Shown here piece after piece: positions 36,661 through 40,604 of a DNA stretch of 40,604 nt (the first letter of the stretch is position 1; each line of letters begins with the position of its first letter). Source of the stretch: an uncultured Candidatus Saccharibacteria bacterium (GTDB lineage: Bacteria > Patescibacteriota > Saccharimonadia > Saccharimonadales > Saccharimonadaceae); assembly GCA_947427985.1 (NCBI GenBank), contig CANEKB010000001.1, forward strand, positions 1 to 40,604, read 5' to 3'. A model generated the notes under the pieces. It was not told where the DNA came from. It saw only the letters and a list, made by a program, of their open reading frames with translations, and did not search any database. Made by a program: the position numbers and the translations under genes.

Positions 36661-36981
36661 ATGGAGAGGATCGGTAACGTTAACGTTAAAGACTATCTGA
36701 GTAGGAAAAACATTAACGTTAAAGCTAACGTTACAAAGCACGACGACAAAGCTGAGGCTGAGAGGCGATGGCAAGCATTACAGCATGCTAGGCATTTACA
36801 GCAGAAATTCGGACCAGTAGCAGACGGCAGTTTAGGTTTCTTGCGTAAGTGCTTTAACAGGATGAGCGAGGACAGAGTTTGGCAACTCTACGAGAGTGCG
36901 ATGCGCCCAAACGCTGGCATCAAAAACCCTTTCGCGTGGTTCATTGGCGCAGCCAAAAAGCAACCAGAAATGAGCGACTAG
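36661..36981 (+). CDS. Small replication-initiator-like protein
   Basis: GGAGG RBS; NVNV repeats; IKNPFAWFI resembles replisome-organiser C-termini. Confidence 0.45.
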   Translation: MERIGNVNVKDYLSRKNINVKANVTKHDDKAEAERRWQALQHARHLQQKFGPVADGSLGFLRKCFNRMSEDRVWQLYESAMRPNAGIKNPFAWFIGAAKKQPEMSD

Positions 36982-37071
36982 GCGCATTTTTCTCACGACG
37001 TGCGCCTACCGGCTCACCACGACATCCTCTCCGACCATTATTAAACTTAATGGGTGGGGAGGAGTTATTTT

Positions 37072-38034
37072 ATGGCGACTACTTATGGCCTTGAAAAAGT
37101 TACCAGCCCTAAAAACCCAATATATCAACAATTATTTGTGTTCTACGAGTATTGCGAGCAGGTTCTCGCATATACCGGCAACACGATGGCCAGAAAGACG
37201 CATAGCGTCAATGATTTCGTTAGGTTTACCGGCCTCACACGCCTTGAGGACGTAACGAATCAACAGGTATATGACTGGGTAAAATGGCACAAGGAGCGCG
37301 GCAACACCGCCAGATCCGTGAATAATTATCTTCATCAGCTAAAAGCGATGCTGAAATGGCAGAGGGATGAAAATATCAAGATGCCGGGACTTAAAATCTC
37401 GCGTATATCGTTCCAAAAAGAAGCACCGGCGCGTAAAAACTGGTTTTCTCGTCGCCAAATCAAACTTGCGTTGCTCTACGCCGAGCCGCGCGAGTGGCTG
37501 CTTATATCTCTAGCGTTCGACTGCGGCCTGCGTATCGAGGAGCTTATGAATCTCAAACTCTCCGACATCAGCGGAAGGAAGATCAAAATCATAGGTAAAG
37601 GCAACCGGCTTCGCTGGGGGATGATGAGCCGGAAAACAAAACGTCGTCTCAAAAAATGGATTAGGAAAGAGCGAATCACCGATTATTTATGGCGTGGCAG
37701 AAATAACGTCGGCCATCTCGGTCAAGAAAAAGCGAGAATCCTGATGGAAGAAGTTTTCGCTAAAGCTGGCTTTGATAACTTCCGCCCGCACGATTTACGC
37801 CACTCTTTCGCGACTGAATTGAAGCTGCTAGGCCTTCCGACGCGAAAGATCCAACTGGCGTTAGGTCACACGAGCGAAGCTATCACAGAACATTACCTTA
37901 GCGATCTCGACGGCGTAACAATCGAAAACATCCGTAGAGAAGTCAGCACTAGACTCGTTATGCTGCGAATCAGAGCGTTCTTCGCGAACCTGTTTTATAT
38001 TCTACCACGAATCACATTGAAGCCCTCAAATTAG
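37072..38034 (+). CDS. int: Tyrosine recombinase/integrase
   Basis: GLRIEEL, GKG, PHDLRHSFAT, LGH, TEHY catalytic residues; GGAGG RBS before ATG 37072. Confidence 0.93.
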   Translation: MATTYGLEKVTSPKNPIYQQLFVFYEYCEQVLAYTGNTMARKTHSVNDFVRFTGLTRLEDVTNQQVYDWVKWHKERGNTARSVNNYLHQLKAMLKWQRDENIKMPGLKISRISFQKEAPARKNWFSRRQIKLALLYAEPREWLLISLAFDCGLRIEELMNLKLSDISGRKIKIIGKGNRLRWGMMSRKTKRRLKKWIRKERITDYLWRGRNNVGHLGQEKARILMEEVFAKAGFDNFRPHDLRHSFATELKLLGLPTRKIQLALGHTSEAITEHYLSDLDGVTIENIRREVSTRLVMLRIRAFFANLFYILPRITLKPSN

Positions 38035-38047
38035 GGGTAAAATAAGC

Positions 38048-38082
38048 TCCGAGTGCCAAGATGATATTGCTTGACACTCGGA
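38048..38082. repeat. 13-bp inverted repeat after the integrase gene
   Basis: TCCGAGTGCCAAG / CTTGACACTCGGA, one mismatch (G:U on the - strand). Confidence 0.7.
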
Positions 38083-38095
38083 CACAAATTATGTA

Positions 38096-38124
38096 TTGAC
38101 AAACCGCCTTTGGTTTGCTACAAT
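38096..38124 (+). promoter_or_regulatory. Sigma70 promoter P2, pointing at attR
   Basis: TTGACA-17 nt-TACAAT; near-copy of P1. Confidence 0.8.
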
Positions 38125-38228
38125 AAGGGTAGTAAAAGATAATTAAAAACTATCTTCGGATTTTCAAAAGATATTACCAGTAGTTAGGCAAAATATACTG
38201 GATAATAAATGAAAAACGAGTTCTTATA

Positions 38229-38238
38229 TGCTATAATA
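38229..38238 (+). repeat. attR core TGCTATAATA (extended -10 of the ABC ATPase gene)
   Basis: Direct repeat of 4414-4423. Confidence 0.75.
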
Positions 38239-38243
38239 GAAGC

Positions 38244-38912
38244 ATGATTAAACTGAGTGAGGTAAACAAAAGTTACGGTAAGAAGCCGGTGTTAATGGAT
38301 GTGAATTTGGAGATTCCGAAGGGAGAATTCGTGATGCTAAGGGGGCGGAGCGGGTCGGGAAAGTCGACGCTGCTAAATATCATCGGCGGGATTGAACCGG
38401 CGACGAGCGGGGAGGTTTCGATTGAAGGAAAGAATGTGAATAACCTAAAAGCGAAAGAGCGGGTGGACTTTTATCGGCATAAGGTGGGGTTCATCTTCCA
38501 GGGGTTCTATCTACAGCCGCAGCTTTCGGTGATGGAAAATATTGGGCTGATGGGGACGTTCGCGGGGATGAAGCGGAGCGAGCGAGAGGTTAGAGCGCGA
38601 GAGTTAGCGAAACAGCTTGGTATTGAGGAAGTGCTGGATAGCAAACCAGCGGAGATCTCGGGCGGGCAGGCGGAACGAGCTTGTGCGGCGCGGGCGCTCT
38701 TCATGCACCCAGAGATTATCTTGGCGGACGAGCCGACAAATAATCTTGATCCGGAAAATGCACAGAATGTAATCGAAATGCTAAAACAGATTTGGCAAGA
38801 TACGGGAGCAACGGTAATCGTAGCAAGTCACGACCCGATGGTGGAGAAGTATGCGACGAAAGTCGTAAAGGTGAGCGAGGGGAGAGTGACGGATGAAGCT
38901 AAGGCTAAGTGA
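38244..38912 (+). CDS. ABC transporter ATP-binding protein (LolD/MacB family)
   Basis: GRSGSGKST, ISGGQ, ILADEPT, ASHD; leaderless start. Confidence 0.93.
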   Translation: MIKLSEVNKSYGKKPVLMDVNLEIPKGEFVMLRGRSGSGKSTLLNIIGGIEPATSGEVSIEGKNVNNLKAKERVDFYRHKVGFIFQGFYLQPQLSVMENIGLMGTFAGMKRSEREVRARELAKQLGIEEVLDSKPAEISGGQAERACAARALFMHPEIILADEPTNNLDPENAQNVIEMLKQIWQDTGATVIVASHDPMVEKYATKVVKVSEGRVTDEAKAK

Positions 38913-40278
38913 TGCAATTCGGATTAGCTGGAGTAGCGTCGGCGGGCATAAGGTTCGAAGTTTACTGACGATAGTGACGATTGCGATTCTGTTCGGGGTG
39001 GTGCTGGGGGTGAATTTTGTCTTGCAAGGGCTGGAAGATACGGTAGTGGCGGCGTCGGTAGTGCCGACAGCGGGGAAGGTTTATATAGAATCGCAATATT
39101 ATGTTACTTCGGGGGCTCCTTCGACGATGACAGAAGAGGAAATTCTGAATCCAGACTTCGTGAAGCGGCGAGTAGAGCTGGAGGCGGATGCGGACGAGTA
39201 CGGTGGGAAGTTAGTCGGGGTGAAAACTTCATTTAACGATCGGCCACCGGTGGAAATAATAAGCGTAGAGGCAGTTGAGGAATATATTGAGCTAGATTTA
39301 GCGGGCGTGCCAGAGGGGAAGGTTCCGGTATTGGTGCCATGGAAAGGCTTTAGCTATGATGAAGCGATGTATGGCATGCAGGCGGAAGAGTTGCAACGGA
39401 ATTTTGAGGACGACTTTTATGTTGTTGGGGTGATGCCGATGACTGAGAAGGGGCGGTTGGAACTAGGAGTAGGGAATCCGTTGAACTTCCTATTGTCAAG
39501 TGTGCCGTCGAACTATGCGTACTATCCGGTTTTGATAGATGACGGTTCGGGGGTGGTGCAGAAGTATCTGAAAGAGCGAATTGATATACATCGACAAAAA
39601 CAAGAGGAGAAGTTTGCAGAGATGGTGGTGGCGGACCCAGAGATGGATGAGGAAGATTATCGAGACACGTATAATTATATAATGTCGCAGGCGATCCAGG
39701 CGGATCGGGCGGCGATATTTCAGTTCGATGATCCGCAGAAGGCGATTGCGTATGCTCTGCAACCGTATGATTATGCAAACTACTTAATGCAGCAAGATTT
39801 GTTCAGTAATACGATTTCGGTAGCGCGGAGTTTTGCTGGATTAAAGAATATGCTAGTAGTGATCGAGGTAATCTTGCTAATTGTTGCAGTGGTGATTGCG
39901 TCGCTGACCTTCGGGCATATGATCGATCAGGACGCGGCGACGATTGCGTTGTACCGGGCGATGGGGGCGACGAAGCTGCAAATTTTGCTAATCTATCTGT
40001 GCTATTTGGTGGAGCTTTGTATATTGGCGCTAGGAGTCTGCTTAGTAATTGCGTTAGGGATTGCTGGAGTGACGGCGCTAATGAACGCTGGCGAACTGAG
40101 CCAGAAGTTGCAAAAGTTTTATCGCCTAGCGGAGGCGCCACGGGTGTGGTTTGTAGCGCTAAACTGGGTGACTTGGACGGTGGTAGGAGCGGTTTTGGTG
40201 ATTGCGCCAGTGACGTTGATTTTAGCGGACCGACATTTCTCAGCGCGGAATATTGCGCGGAAGCTAAAGGAGGATTAG
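38893..40278 (+). CDS. FtsX/MacB-family ABC permease
   Basis: IALYRAMGAT motif; paralogous to 684-1985. Confidence 0.85.
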   Translation: MKLRLSDAIRISWSSVGGHKVRSLLTIVTIAILFGVVLGVNFVLQGLEDTVVAASVVPTAGKVYIESQYYVTSGAPSTMTEEEILNPDFVKRRVELEADADEYGGKLVGVKTSFNDRPPVEIISVEAVEEYIELDLAGVPEGKVPVLVPWKGFSYDEAMYGMQAEELQRNFEDDFYVVGVMPMTEKGRLELGVGNPLNFLLSSVPSNYAYYPVLIDDGSGVVQKYLKERIDIHRQKQEEKFAEMVVADPEMDEEDYRDTYNYIMSQAIQADRAAIFQFDDPQKAIAYALQPYDYANYLMQQDLFSNTISVARSFAGLKNMLVVIEVILLIVAVVIASLTFGHMIDQDAATIALYRAMGATKLQILLIYLCYLVELCILALGVCLVIALGIAGVTALMNAGELSQKLQKFYRLAEAPRVWFVALNWVTWTVVGAVLVIAPVTLILADRHFSARNIARKLKED

Positions 40279-40604
40279 GTGCGAATAAGGGATTTTCTGA
40301 AGCTGGGCGCGGCGAACATTACGGCGCACCGGAAACGGGCGACGAAAGTAGTAGCGATCGTCGGGGTACTGTTTGGCGTGTTATTGATGGCGAGTATGTT
40401 GATACAAGGGGTCGAGAATGCAGTGCTCGCGGAAATGAATCGACCGCTGGGCGGGAAGGTTCTGCTTGGCATGACGGTGAATACGCAGTATTATAAGGAG
40501 CCGCAGGCGGAGGAAATTGAGCAAGAGCGAATTCGCGAGAAGATTCGGCAATACGGCGGGGAAATAATCGAGACAGAGACGTATCAGATGGCGGGAGTGG
40601 GGGA
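40279..40604 (+). CDS. FtsX/MacB-family ABC permease, 3'-partial
   Basis: GTG start after AGGAGG; MRIRDFLKLGAANITAHRKR resembles the N-terminus of 1989-3302. Confidence 0.8.
   Translation, partial: MRIRDFLKLGAANITAHRKRATKVVAIVGVLFGVLLMASMLIQGVENAVLAEMNRPLGGKVLLGMTVNTQYYKEPQAEEIEQERIREKIRQYGGEIIETETYQMAGVG

Larger units (their letters stand above)
4414..38238. mobile_element. Integrated podovirus-like prophage, unit length ~33.8 kb
   Basis: Integrase, terminase, portal, scaffold, capsid, tail, lysin and ejection-type genes; no tape measure or sheath gene recognised; flanked by a 10-bp direct repeat and by host genes. Confidence 0.9.

Noticed and set aside
1-40604. tRNA/rRNA genes and alternative genetic code
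   Set aside because: No cloverleaf or rRNA motifs noticed by eye; long ORFs are intact in code 11 with all three stop codons used

Overview
Bacterial chromosome segment with an apparently complete ~33.8-kb podovirus-like prophage (4414-38238). The host is probably Patescibacteria/Saccharimonadia; this is an inference from leaderless extended -10 promoters and gene style. The prophage is bounded by a 10-bp direct repeat TGCTATAATA that is also the -10 element of a host ABC-transporter promoter. Host flanks carry FtsX/MacB-type ABC permeases on both sides, a NUDIX hydrolase and an orphan C-type-lectin-like C-terminal fragment. The + strand arm has RecT-like and YqaJ-like recombination genes, YopX, a HAD phosphatase, a methyltransferase frameshifted by a (GA)10 tract, RusA and a terminase large subunit split in two ORFs. 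The convergent - strand arm has virion and lysis genes and a complete diversity-generating retroelement (target VR, hairpin, avd, TR, RT), with 13 of 13 TR/VR differences at TR adenines. A tyrosine integrase lies at the right end. I recognised no CI-type repressor. The phage instead has many candidate RNA-level controls: a promoter-driven small RNA complementary to the early leader, an attP-facing promoter, repeated RBS-occluding late leaders, a pseudoknotted moron leader and a possible -1 frameshift. All product calls come from motif recognition and synteny, without database searches.
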